From the sequence record PX436236.1: DNA of 64,000 nucleotides; one strand, written 5' to 3'. Shown here piece by piece: positions 17,756 through 26,752 of the stretch (position 1 is its first letter; every line of letters begins with the position of its first letter). The notes under the pieces were generated by a model. That model worked only from the letters and a program-made list of their open reading frames with translations, did no database searches and had not been told where the DNA came from. The position numbers and the translations under genes are program-made. The stretch comes from a phage.

Positions 17756-17933
17756 TCAGTTGGCGATGGGCCTTTTTAAGTTTACGAAGCTGGCGCTTAG
17801 TCGGCCGTGCGACATAAGCTTGAGTAGTTACTCGTCCAAAAACACCATACTTAGGTGAAGGAGAATCGATAAAGACTTCCCACTGACAAGAGTAACTATA
17901 CACCGCTTTAGAGAATTGAGTTAAGACAAACAT
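17712..17933 (-). CDS. hypothetical protein, 73 aa
   Basis: ORF. Confidence 0.4.
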   Translation of the reverse strand: MFVLTQFSKAVYSYSCQWEVFIDSPSPKYGVFGRVTTQAYVARPTKRQLRKLKKAHRQLIERREQYECNVYGL

Positions 17934-17934
17934 A

Positions 17935-18375
17935 TTAACCTCGATTCATAAAGGCATTAAAAATCTGGTCATCTATTGAATAAACCGGGGCTTCCAGAAT
18001 TTTCAACAGACTGTTTTTGATATACTTGCTAGGGATATCCATATTAACACAGTCGTTCAATTCGTTGTCCGGGAGAATATGTTTAAATTCAAACCCATCA
18101 AACTCAACCTTGTCAGGAATACCTTCAGCGAAAAAATAAACCAATTGGTGCATTGTATTGCACGAAAATAATTTAGACCTCACCGCGATAAGTTCTTGCC
18201 AATGGTTTAATTCTCTGTTAAGAAGTTTATGAGCCATTGTAATTCGATCATCGCTATCAACAAGAAAATAACCCAGGTATTGGTGGTCGTCGCTCCAAAA
18301 CATCCTGTATGCTTGTGCATTTGGATTTTTACAACGAAGTTTTTTGATAACTAAATTTCTGTTAATCTTATTCAC
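17935..18375 (-). CDS. hypothetical protein, 146 aa
   Basis: ORF. Confidence 0.5.
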   Translation of the reverse strand: MNKINRNLVIKKLRCKNPNAQAYRMFWSDDHQYLGYFLVDSDDRITMAHKLLNRELNHWQELIAVRSKLFSCNTMHQLVYFFAEGIPDKVEFDGFEFKHILPDNELNDCVNMDIPSKYIKNSLLKILEAPVYSIDDQIFNAFMNRG

Positions 18376-18661
18376 CTGTCACCTCTTTAACGATATTTTT
18401 GTTATCGAAATTGGCATCACAATACAAATTCCAGTTATATTGCATAACACCACCTGAAGCTAATTGGTCTGACACTTCTTTAGCCATATCAGGGCGGTCG
18501 CGTTTAGTGATGTTCATGATATCGGCATAAATCTGATGTTCAACCGATTCTTGGTCTGCAGTCATAGACCATTCACAAAGGTCTTTATCTAATCCAGCCG
18601 TAACTGGAGCTGTGCCACATGATGCTACTGTAAGGATTGCTGCGATTAATAACTTTTTCAT
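18368..18661 (-). CDS. secreted protein, 97 aa, candidate Spackle (superinfection exclusion)
   Basis: Cleavable signal peptide; same length and genomic position as T4 sp. Confidence 0.5.
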   Translation of the reverse strand: MKKLLIAAILTVASCGTAPVTAGLDKDLCEWSMTADQESVEHQIYADIMNITKRDRPDMAKEVSDQLASGGVMQYNWNLYCDANFDNKNIVKEVTGE

Positions 18662-18677
18662 AATGTTCTCCTCGGTA

Positions 18678-18719
18678 GTTGATAGGGGTAATATACTACA
18701 TTACCCCTTTGATGTAAAC
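18678..18719 (-). promoter_or_regulatory. Early-promoter cassette
   Basis: GTTTAC, spacer, TATATT, CCCCTATCAAC; inverted repeat GGGGTAAT/ATTACCCC flanks the -10. Confidence 0.5.
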
Positions 18720-18721
18720 TG

Positions 18722-18925
18722 TTATTTTTCGTTAGAACGATAATCACACTCAAAAACTTTATTGTCATCAACAAAGGCTTTCACCAGCGCATTATTCACT
18801 TCTGCATACTGCACTGTAACCCATTCAATCATATTTTGGTCACTAACATCTAGAACGGTTTCTTTGGTAAACATATTACCATTTTCAAACCAACCAATAA
18901 ACACTACTTTCTCTAATTTAGGCAT
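18722..18925 (-). CDS. Dmd-like small protein, 67 aa (candidate antitoxin-type RNase inhibitor)
   Basis: N-terminus KVVFIGWFENGNMFTKE recalls T4 Dmd from memory; clear paralog of the next ORF. Confidence 0.4.
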   Translation of the reverse strand: MPKLEKVVFIGWFENGNMFTKETVLDVSDQNMIEWVTVQYAEVNNALVKAFVDDNKVFECDYRSNEK

Positions 18926-19120
18926 TTAGATTTCCTTAATACGTGCATCATGTTCATAAACTTCTACGCCATCAACATAGGCCTTGACTAGAATGTTATT
19001 GACTTCAGCGAATTGAGTAGCCACCCACACAATATCATTTTCAGGTACTGAAGCTTCTTTGGTAGTGGTATCATCATTATTAAAACAGCATACAAATTTT
19101 ACCGTAGTCAATTTGGACAT
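18926..19120 (-). CDS. Dmd-like small protein, 64 aa, tandem paralog
   Basis: Shares QYAEVNNALVKAFVD / QFAEVNNILVKAYVD with the neighbour. Confidence 0.4.
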   Translation of the reverse strand: MSKLTTVKFVCCFNNDDTTTKEASVPENDIVWVATQFAEVNNILVKAYVDGVEVYEHDARIKEI

Positions 19121-19438
19121 TTAGATTTCCTCACAGAAGGCCCATTCAGCATGATAAACCGTAGCGCCTTTAGTATCATTTAAACAAACCACATCCACCG
19201 GAGCAATTACACGATAAAGACGGGGTTCTCCTCCCACTGAACGAGCTGCACGTCCAGCATAAATCTTAGCCAAACCGATATCTTCAGTAAAGAACACACG
19301 ATTTAGGTTTTTCTTACGACCGGTTTCAGACAGAACTCCTGTTTCCTCAGGAGGACAAAGCATATTACCGATATTAGCGACACTACAACTTCCATGGTAA
19401 TACACTTTATATTCTGCTTTACAGTCGATGGTTTTCAT
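19121..19438 (-). CDS. hypothetical protein, 105 aa
   Basis: Start set at the ATG of MKTIDCK, preceded by GGAGAAC. Confidence 0.45.
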   Translation of the reverse strand: MKTIDCKAEYKVYYHGSCSVANIGNMLCPPEETGVLSETGRKKNLNRVFFTEDIGLAKIYAGRAARSVGGEPRLYRVIAPVDVVCLNDTKGATVYHAEWAFCEEI

Positions 19439-19450
19439 TTTGTTCTCCAA

Positions 19451-19491
19451 GTTGATAGGTCTATAGTATCACGCCTACAGGAGATGTAAAC
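19451..19491 (-). promoter_or_regulatory. Early-promoter cassette
   Basis: GTTTACATCTCCTGTAGGCGTGATACTATAGACCTATCAAC on the minus strand. Confidence 0.55.
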
Positions 19492-19498
19492 CCTTAAA

Positions 19499-19524
19499 AA
19501 CAAAAAAGGAGCCGAAGCTCCTTA
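19499..19524 (-). terminator. Terminator hairpin (AAGGAGC-UUCG-GCUCCUU) with U-run
   Basis: Sits after gene 41 and immediately before the promoter cassette. Confidence 0.55.
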
Positions 19525-20961
19525 AAATTTGATAGATGCTGCTAAATCGTCCAAATCACTTCTATTAACACGCGTCTGTCGATTGACCTCGGCCTGGCGA
19601 TTCATCTCACCTGTAGCCTCACGAACAGTGTTCACTGGGCCTGGGTTGGAATCATCTTCAACTTCGTACCAACGTTGATTTCCTTTCTTAACGCCAATCT
19701 TAAATTTGTTGTAGTAGCTCTTATCGCCATAACGAGATTTAAGCTGCTTAACCATTTGCATACCCATCTGAGCGAACTCTTCTGTCTCGACCACACCCAA
19801 CATGAAGTCTGCAGTATGTGCAATACCAAAGGATTCAGCAATATCGGCCATATCGATTTCGGCTGCAACGTTCGCACCACGAGTAGTCTGGGCTGCAGTC
19901 CACAACAGTAATTTCTTCTCTACTGCAAGTCCACGTAGTTCTTCAGCAACCATCTTAATCAATCCGTAACTGTTTTCAGAGAAAACTTTCGTACGAGACG
20001 ATGCACAGATAGCCAAGTAGTCAACGATAACGACCTGTGGGACAAAGTTTTGTTTGAGCTTGTATTCGTTTAATAATGCACGGAATGTATCGGCATTAGC
20101 GCCACCGGTAGGGTACTGTTTAATCTTTAAACGACCCAAGGTAGCAGTTGAACGCCATTTATCCATCTTAGCTTTATATTCAGGCCACGAGACGTGACCA
20201 TCATCGATATCATCCAGCGACACGTCCAGAAGGTTGGCATCGATACGCTTAGCACATACTTCCTCTGCCATCTCCATGGAGATATAAAGAACATCGTAAC
20301 CAGATTGAAGATAATCAGCAGCCAATGAACAAAGACCAAGAGACTTACCTACGTTTGTTCCTGCCAACAATACGTTTTCAGTACCAAACTCAGCACCACC
20401 TTTGGTAATCTTATTCAGAATATTAAGACGGAACGGAACCTTACGTGCTTTATCGGAATAACTTTTGAATCGTTCTTCATAGTCATCCATCCAGTCATGA
20501 CCTAATTCAGAATCGAAACAAATCGATAATGCATCACGCATGATATCCGGAATAGCACCAATACCTGGAAGTTTTCTATTTTGTTGCTCAACCGGAAGGT
20601 CGGCATTAGTTTGGATTTCAATGATTTTTGAAGTTGCATTATACATCGCTGCTTTCTGAACGTATTTCTCCGTCTCTTTAACCAACCATTCTTGGTCTTC
20701 AGGTCCGGCATTCAGCGAACTTAAAAGCTCTTTAGCGCCTTGGTGTTCAACTTCTGAAAGCGTACTGTTATCTAATGCAATGCTCAATGCGTTCTTAGAA
20801 GGCACTGCATTATATTCATTGACATGTTTTTTAATTTCTTTGAAAAGGGTCTTTGCAGGACCCTGGTCAAAATAAGAATCATTCATATAAGGCCAGACCT
20901 TAGTGAAATAATCACTATTGCCTAGCAGTTGAGCCAAAATAGTTTCTACCACTTCCACCAC
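19522..20961 (-). CDS. 41: replicative DNA helicase gp41 (DnaB-like), 479 aa
   Basis: Walker A GTNVGKSLG and high similarity to remembered T4 gp41 over the whole length. Confidence 0.9.
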   Translation of the reverse strand: MVEVVETILAQLLGNSDYFTKVWPYMNDSYFDQGPAKTLFKEIKKHVNEYNAVPSKNALSIALDNSTLSEVEHQGAKELLSSLNAGPEDQEWLVKETEKYVQKAAMYNATSKIIEIQTNADLPVEQQNRKLPGIGAIPDIMRDALSICFDSELGHDWMDDYEERFKSYSDKARKVPFRLNILNKITKGGAEFGTENVLLAGTNVGKSLGLCSLAADYLQSGYDVLYISMEMAEEVCAKRIDANLLDVSLDDIDDGHVSWPEYKAKMDKWRSTATLGRLKIKQYPTGGANADTFRALLNEYKLKQNFVPQVVIVDYLAICASSRTKVFSENSYGLIKMVAEELRGLAVEKKLLLWTAAQTTRGANVAAEIDMADIAESFGIAHTADFMLGVVETEEFAQMGMQMVKQLKSRYGDKSYYNKFKIGVKKGNQRWYEVEDDSNPGPVNTVREATGEMNRQAEVNRQTRVNRSDLDDLAASIKF

Positions 20962-21275
20962 CTCTTAGATTTAATTTTATCCAGTTCTTCTTGTATTTGC
21001 ATTGTAACACATTTTTCTACATGAAGCGCTAGCTCTTCTTTTCGGTCTTCGGAAGGTGTTCCGAAATCAACCGACACTTTTCCATCTTTCTCAATAACAA
21101 TATTCATCACATAAACGATGTGAGCAGTGCCATCGGGTAAAGTAAGCATAATTTCCTGCTTAACAGAACCCATTGACTTACGGATTATATCTAATGATTT
21201 CTCATAATAACGAGGGTCACTAGGACCCTCTTCGGTATCTTTAACGAAATTATCTAAATCAGATAAATCAGTCAT
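20946..21275 (-). CDS. hypothetical protein, 109 aa (gene 40 position)
   Basis: ORF between uvsX and gene 41; position only. Confidence 0.45.
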   Translation of the reverse strand: MTDLSDLDNFVKDTEEGPSDPRYYEKSLDIIRKSMGSVKQEIMLTLPDGTAHIVYVMNIVIEKDGKVSVDFGTPSEDRKEELALHVEKCVTMQIQEELDKIKSKRWWKW

Positions 21276-22440
21276 CTAAATTCATCTCTTCCAAATCGTT
21301 TTCGATATCAGCGGCGCTTTGGGCATTACCACCTAATTTAACAGCAACGTTCTTAGAGACACGAGAGTTAATAAGGTCGTTCACTGCATCGTCAACTTCT
21401 TTAATAGAATTAATTGCACCGAGCTTATACTTATTCTCGATTGCTTCACGGAACGGGGCATGTTTAAACAGCGGTCCCCAGAACTCGACACAATCGGTAG
21501 CTTTAGCACGCCATGCTTTTTCTTCTTGAACCATTTCGCCTGTGGTTTCGTCAAGGAATGCACGATTATACCAGCCGGCTTTAGGTTTCACGACAAAGCC
21601 AATATCAGTAGCCATTTCAAGCAATCCACTGAATGGGTCGATACCACCTTCGAAGTTCACTGTAATCGGGAACGTTGATTTCTCTTTAACCGTACGAGAT
21701 TTCTCGGCCTTCAGTGTGAAGTCATAACCAGTGAGCTCAGTACCATCTTTAACCTGACGTTTAGAGATAAAGAACACGGTAGAAGCAGAGTACAGAATAC
21801 CAGTACCACCACCCATAATCTCTTTAGGGTACATTCCACCAATTTCCATAGCCGTGTGGTTAATTGCTACACAAGGGATATCTTTGATGGTCAGATAAGG
21901 TGTTACGATACGGAACAGAGATTTCAGTGATTTAGCACGAGTCATATCACCTACAACTTTCTCGTTCAAAGCATCTTCGGTTTCTTTCTTAGAAGCAGTG
22001 TTACCAATGGAGTCGATAAAGATAATAACCTTTTCGCCACGAGTAATTTCTTCTAACTGGTTGGTCATATCAACTTTAAGCTGTTCGACTGACTGGATTG
22101 GTGTATGAACCACACGTTCCAAATCAACACCCATCGAACGGAAATAAGATTCTGAAGCACCAAACTCAGAGTCATAGAACAAACAAATTGCGTCTGGATA
22201 TTTCTTCATATATGCCGCAACCATGGTAAGTCCAAACAACGTTTTAAAGTGTTTAGATGGAGCAGCAAAGATTGTCAAACCTGATTGTAAGCCTGCATTC
22301 AACGCACCGCCTAATGCAATATTCAGCATAGGGATACGAGTAGGAACTTCGTCACGACCATTAAACAATTTAGATTTGGTCAGGTCGGCGGTCATTTTAG
22401 AAGTAGAAGCTTTAATCAAACGGGATTTTAAATCAGACAT
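21268..22440 (-). CDS. uvsX: UvsX recombinase (RecA-like), 390 aa
   Basis: N-terminus MSDLKSRLIKASTSK is near-identical to T4 UvsX. Confidence 0.92.
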   Translation of the reverse strand: MSDLKSRLIKASTSKMTADLTKSKLFNGRDEVPTRIPMLNIALGGALNAGLQSGLTIFAAPSKHFKTLFGLTMVAAYMKKYPDAICLFYDSEFGASESYFRSMGVDLERVVHTPIQSVEQLKVDMTNQLEEITRGEKVIIFIDSIGNTASKKETEDALNEKVVGDMTRAKSLKSLFRIVTPYLTIKDIPCVAINHTAMEIGGMYPKEIMGGGTGILYSASTVFFISKRQVKDGTELTGYDFTLKAEKSRTVKEKSTFPITVNFEGGIDPFSGLLEMATDIGFVVKPKAGWYNRAFLDETTGEMVQEEKAWRAKATDCVEFWGPLFKHAPFREAIENKYKLGAINSIKEVDDAVNDLINSRVSKNVAVKLGGNAQSAADIENDLEEMNLDD

Positions 22441-22480
22441 TATATTTTTCCATAGGCATCATTATATTTTACTCACGTTT

Positions 22481-22513
22481 TAAGATAGGGTAATTATATC
22501 ACTTCACATTTAC
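22481..22513 (-). promoter_or_regulatory. Promoter with extended -10 (TGATATAAT) and TACCCTATC box upstream of uvsX
   Basis: Variant of the repeated cassette; -35 element unclear. Confidence 0.35.
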
Positions 22514-22517
22514 AGCG

Positions 22518-23411
22518 TTAAAGGACCACGTCCTCATAACTTGGCATTTCGTGCTCAGAATGGATATGGGCACCGAAATAAATGAATTCAGCTAGACCAG
22601 GATGGAATACTAAACCGGGATTCTCATGATAAATGATATGAGGTCTTGATTTCAGAATCTGATAATATTCAACCTTACTCGGTTTGAATTTAATAATCTC
22701 TACATCAGGACGATAGTCTTCACGCTTAAATGAATCATTCGGATCGGTGATATAAAGGCGAGAACCTTCAGCCGCAGCTTGGTCTACAACTCTTTCGAAT
22801 TGATAACATTTATCAGAGATACGGAATGGATGGAAAATACCATCAATTTTAATAGGCGCTAGACCTTCAGAGTAACGCTCAATTACTGCAGGATTAATTA
22901 CCTTTTGGTCTACAAAAATCTTATCAGAGGATGCACCTCGTGACACCAGGACGTCTTTCTGACATTGATTCAAGACCGTAGTATAAATCGAACGTTCAAC
23001 TGAACCCACGTCGGTATCAATAAACTCATCGATGTAATAACGAGGAACTTCAGGGTCCATTGTAATGTTAAAGTTGAATTGTACGGTATGAGCACCATCA
23101 TAACCTGTGATATCGGTTACCAATCCTGAGCAGTCATAGTATTCGATTAACGAATCAACAACGAACTCATTTTCAGACCAAAAATGTTTACGAGTTTCAT
23201 AAGCATTTTCTTTATACCAAAGAGGTACAAAATTCAGTTCAGGAAATAATTCAATGCATTCTTTGATATCGCTCGAATTTCTAGGATAAGCCAGATAATC
23301 ACCTGGGCAAGCACGGTTTAAATGGAGTTGAAAATTGCCGTCCTTAAGGACGGCATATTCACCTGTTTCGTAACTACGCATACTGAAAATAGGAACGATA
23401 AACAAACTCAT
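22518..23411 (-). CDS. protein of unknown function, 297 aa, occupying the T4 beta-glucosyltransferase slot
   Basis: No resemblance to remembered T4 beta-gt; its start overlaps the gene 42 stop by 4 nt. Confidence 0.6.
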   Translation of the reverse strand: MSLFIVPIFSMRSYETGEYAVLKDGNFQLHLNRACPGDYLAYPRNSSDIKECIELFPELNFVPLWYKENAYETRKHFWSENEFVVDSLIEYYDCSGLVTDITGYDGAHTVQFNFNITMDPEVPRYYIDEFIDTDVGSVERSIYTTVLNQCQKDVLVSRGASSDKIFVDQKVINPAVIERYSEGLAPIKIDGIFHPFRISDKCYQFERVVDQAAAEGSRLYITDPNDSFKREDYRPDVEIIKFKPSKVEYYQILKSRPHIIYHENPGLVFHPGLAEFIYFGAHIHSEHEMPSYEDVVL

Positions 23412-24106
23412 TTCAGGAATCCTCGAACGTAGTCAAAATCACGTTCAAATACGTGTGCACTAACCATAGTATGGGAATACGTACCCAGACCAACACCACA
23501 CTGTTCAGCAATAAAGGCCATCAGTTTACCCTGCAGATAGAAATCCAGCTGCATAACAATAGCACAGTTCTGTGAACGCATATGGGTATGTGCATAAAGA
23601 CGTCCATCACGAATATAATATGTCACCGAATCGGTACATGGGTATTCTAAGGATTCGTCAGAATCAAGGAGGGCTTGGTCTTGTTCTTGGAGAATTTGGA
23701 ACACAACTCGTCTCGAGTTAGGCTTTTCTTTAAGCTCTTTAAGTAAGGCTGGGAGTTGGGCCACAATTCGAGGTCCATAGAAAGTGTTGAAGTTTGCAGG
23801 CAATACGTCACTTTTCGGCTTATCAATGAACTTAGCAACATTAGGATATTCCTTAAATGCTTCGGCAGCATCAGTACCACCGGAAATCATAAACTTCCAA
23901 AAGGATTCGGCATAATCATAGTTGATACGATTAATACGAGGGTCGGTGAATTTATAGGTGCTTGCATCCAGTACTTCTACCGAAGCAGAACCAATTTCAT
24001 AACAACGGCCGATACGAGAATCAACTGCAAACTGTGGAGCTTCCAGGATTTCTTCGTTCATTTGCTTAAACGCGTTTTCAAAACTAACAGCGGTAATGTG
24101 TTTCAT
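23408..24106 (-). CDS. 42: dCMP hydroxymethylase gp42 (thymidylate synthase fold), 232 aa
   Basis: PNSRRVVFQ...YPCTDSVTYYIRDG...MRSQN...QLDFY aligns to T4 gp42 and has Asp at the cytosine-specificity position. Confidence 0.8.
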   Translation of the reverse strand: MKHITAVSFENAFKQMNEEILEAPQFAVDSRIGRCYEIGSASVEVLDASTYKFTDPRINRINYDYAESFWKFMISGGTDAAEAFKEYPNVAKFIDKPKSDVLPANFNTFYGPRIVAQLPALLKELKEKPNSRRVVFQILQEQDQALLDSDESLEYPCTDSVTYYIRDGRLYAHTHMRSQNCAIVMQLDFYLQGKLMAFIAEQCGVGLGTYSHTMVSAHVFERDFDYVRGFLK

Positions 24107-24639
24107 TTATTCACCTTATTTTCAATATATTCATTCAGACGTTTTAATTCTACCATATCGACGTTAAGCAAGTTATTATGGCCGTCGTGATTTAAGATTT
24201 TAAACACGTTTTCAAAACATGTTTCGTATTGGCGGATAGTTAGGTTGAACTCATCTTTGGTTAATTTAATAAGGTCATCTTCAAAGTCTTTATCCAGTGG
24301 ATTACGGGTTAAAATAATCTCAATGATATTGAATTCTTTTTTGAAATCAATCCAATCTTCTAGTTCTACATAAGGGTCCATTTCACCACGAAGGAATCCA
24401 GAGTAAACAATATTACTAGGATACCCACGGTCTAAGATGTAGACAAAATTAGGGTCTAAAAACTTATACAACGTCTCGACTAAAGCCTTGTCATTATCAG
24501 TCCCTAATGAAATGCATTTGCCATTAATCTTTTTAGGGAAATCAATAAGACGATATTTCTTATCAGATAAAAGTGATTCAATTAAAGTAGACTTCCCGGA
24601 ATTATCCGGGCCGTCGATAACAATGATTTTTGGTTTCAC
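24103..24639 (-). CDS. P-loop kinase, 178 aa
   Basis: Walker A IIVIDGPDNSGKST at the N-terminus; stop overlaps the gene 42 start by 4 nt. Confidence 0.65.
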   Translation of the reverse strand: MKPKIIVIDGPDNSGKSTLIESLLSDKKYRLIDFPKKINGKCISLGTDNDKALVETLYKFLDPNFVYILDRGYPSNIVYSGFLRGEMDPYVELEDWIDFKKEFNIIEIILTRNPLDKDFEDDLIKLTKDEFNLTIRQYETCFENVFKILNHDGHNNLLNVDMVELKRLNEYIENKVNK

Positions 24640-25034
24640 GGATGATATGCCTTATAGGTTTCAAGAGTTCCCTCACGAACCATTTCTTTAAAGTGGTCAG
24701 GACGGATTGCTCGGTCATCGATGATAAAAGTATAACTCGGCTTATGTGTAAGCAGATTGTGATATTTCAATCCAATCTTTTCAAGGTTCTTAACTAATGC
24801 AGGAACTACTTCAACCAAGATTCGACCTGGGCCGCATGAAGTCATACCACGGGCAGTGAACAAGGTAATCTCGTACCCTTCATCATAAAGCTTATTAATC
24901 ATGGACACCATTTCGGTGTCCGGTTTAAAGTTTTCGTAATCACGGTCATGGTTCCAAATCGTGATTGTGTTATCGATGTCAAAACATAAATGAGGCTTAT
25001 TTTCTACTCGATGTGACATTAAATTTTCTTCCAT
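24636..25034 (-). CDS. HAD-superfamily phosphatase, 132 aa
   Basis: Motifs FDIDNTIT, TLFTAR and IIDDR, similar in pattern to the T4 polynucleotide kinase phosphatase domain. Confidence 0.6.
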   Translation of the reverse strand: MEENLMSHRVENKPHLCFDIDNTITIWNHDRDYENFKPDTEMVSMINKLYDEGYEITLFTARGMTSCGPGRILVEVVPALVKNLEKIGLKYHNLLTHKPSYTFIIDDRAIRPDHFKEMVREGTLETYKAYHP

Positions 25035-26692
25035 TGTTTGTGGAGTTCAGTAGAACCTGTAGGTTTATATTTTACACCAGTTTCTTGGTCAAGCAAAACC
25101 CACTTATCAGGACAACGAGTGATAATTTGAGCCGTGATAGGGTCGCGAACTTCATCAACGAATTCACCTGTGATAAGCTTACGCTTACGAGGATGTCGCT
25201 TCAGCAGCACACTCAGTTGGTACAAACCGTTGTAATAAGCACCCAGAGCTTTCAGAGGGTTATTTTTAAAGTAACCTGCCAATGCCATCCAGATAACAGC
25301 AATCCAGAGCTTGTGCTTAAATGTACACATTGGAATATCATCTAAAGGCATAACCTTTTCAATATCAACGAATACACGAGTTCCGTTACGAGTTAAGCCA
25401 CCCCATAGAGGGTCAGAGTTAAATTTGTCATAACCATCGATAGAATAAAGCACCTTAGCTTCATCATAAATCGCAGGGCCTTTAGAACTATTACCAAAAT
25501 AACCACGTGGGTCGATGATTTTAATATTACCTTCGTCCGACAACATAATATTACTGTAGTGCGGGTCGCCATGAATAAGTTGGTACGGTTCTTTATGTTC
25601 AGACAGAATTTCTAAGGCGTGACGAAGAAGTTTTTCTGGGTCGCCTACCTTGAAGTCGTTAACATGGGTAATACCCTGTGGAGCAAAGCCTTCAATCAAT
25701 CCGGCAATAGAAGCATTACGAATAAGGACCTTGTCCAATACTTCTTTCTTAACATCAGAATACCATTGCTCATCGGACGGATTATCGATAGTTCCACCGA
25801 ACGAACGTAATGCACTAATAACCTTATAAACCATTAGGACTTTAGTTTCTTTAGACATAAACCGGTAGGCATCTGCCATGGTTCGACCAAAGATACGTTC
25901 CATTTTAATGAATTCGCCTGGAGCAAAGTCTACAATGCTAGGAACGAATTCGGAATCAATAGAATTATACCAATTGATTTCTTTAGATTGGATTTCTTTA
26001 CCCAATTCGTTAGTTGGTACTTTAATAGCTAGATTCTCGGTGAACTCTAATTTATTAAATTCACGGTTAATTTCAGAATCTTCATGCGCCTTAGCCAGTT
26101 TCAGTTTGTCACCAACATCAACTACAAAGTCTAACTTACGTTCAGTCAAATGGACCATTGAATCCAGGTTGTCAGCAAGGTCTTCACCATAATTAGAACG
26201 GTCGAAACCTGTCCAATTAGCCACCTGATACAAGCCAACTACGCCACCACCGGTACCAATTTCACGCAAGTACGGTTCTTCAAATGTAAAACGACAGTCA
26301 GTCCCATAGGTATAACAGTAGTCGTTATCCCACTCAACTTTATGACCTTCAGGAATAATATCACACCAGTTAAACAAGACATTGTGCCCAATGATATCTT
26401 CGGCAATGCAATCGATAGCATGAGCCGAACCATTGGCAACATCAACGTTACGAATAGTGAATTTAGGCTTATCACTATTAATCATGTTAATGGATTTAAT
26501 ATAGCCTTTAACGAGGTCGTTAAATTTGCTGTGAATAACCAGAATAATTTCATCTGATTGATTACTATACAAATCATACAAATGTTTTAATACAGTATGT
26601 TGTTTGTAGTTAACCAGTACCTTCGGGATTTCGTTGGTAATTGGATACAACCGTGAGCCAAGACCCGCGCCTAAAATAACAACCTTTTTCAT
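25019..26692 (-). CDS. bifunctional nucleotidyltransferase (N-terminal) / APH-choline-kinase-like kinase (C-terminal), 557 aa
   Basis: N-terminal VVILGAGLGSRLYPIT...KVLV signature; C-terminal HGDPHYSNIM...IIDPRG; start set at MKKVV, preceded by GAGGAA. Confidence 0.65.
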   Translation of the reverse strand: MKKVVILGAGLGSRLYPITNEIPKVLVNYKQHTVLKHLYDLYSNQSDEIILVIHSKFNDLVKGYIKSINMINSDKPKFTIRNVDVANGSAHAIDCIAEDIIGHNVLFNWCDIIPEGHKVEWDNDYCYTYGTDCRFTFEEPYLREIGTGGGVVGLYQVANWTGFDRSNYGEDLADNLDSMVHLTERKLDFVVDVGDKLKLAKAHEDSEINREFNKLEFTENLAIKVPTNELGKEIQSKEINWYNSIDSEFVPSIVDFAPGEFIKMERIFGRTMADAYRFMSKETKVLMVYKVISALRSFGGTIDNPSDEQWYSDVKKEVLDKVLIRNASIAGLIEGFAPQGITHVNDFKVGDPEKLLRHALEILSEHKEPYQLIHGDPHYSNIMLSDEGNIKIIDPRGYFGNSSKGPAIYDEAKVLYSIDGYDKFNSDPLWGGLTRNGTRVFVDIEKVMPLDDIPMCTFKHKLWIAVIWMALAGYFKNNPLKALGAYYNGLYQLSVLLKRHPRKRKLITGEFVDEVRDPITAQIITRCPDKWVLLDQETGVKYKPTGSTELHKQWKKI

Positions 26693-26752
26693 TATCTGTT
26701 CCTCAAGTGAATGTAGGTACATTATACACTATTTTTAATAAATTGGTATTGC

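Noticed and set aside
22518-23411. Calling the 297-aa ORF beta-glucosyltransferase because of its position
   Set aside because: Its sequence shows no resemblance to the T4 beta-gt sequence as I recall it and it is about 50 aa shorter; it is kept as an unknown candidate transferase.
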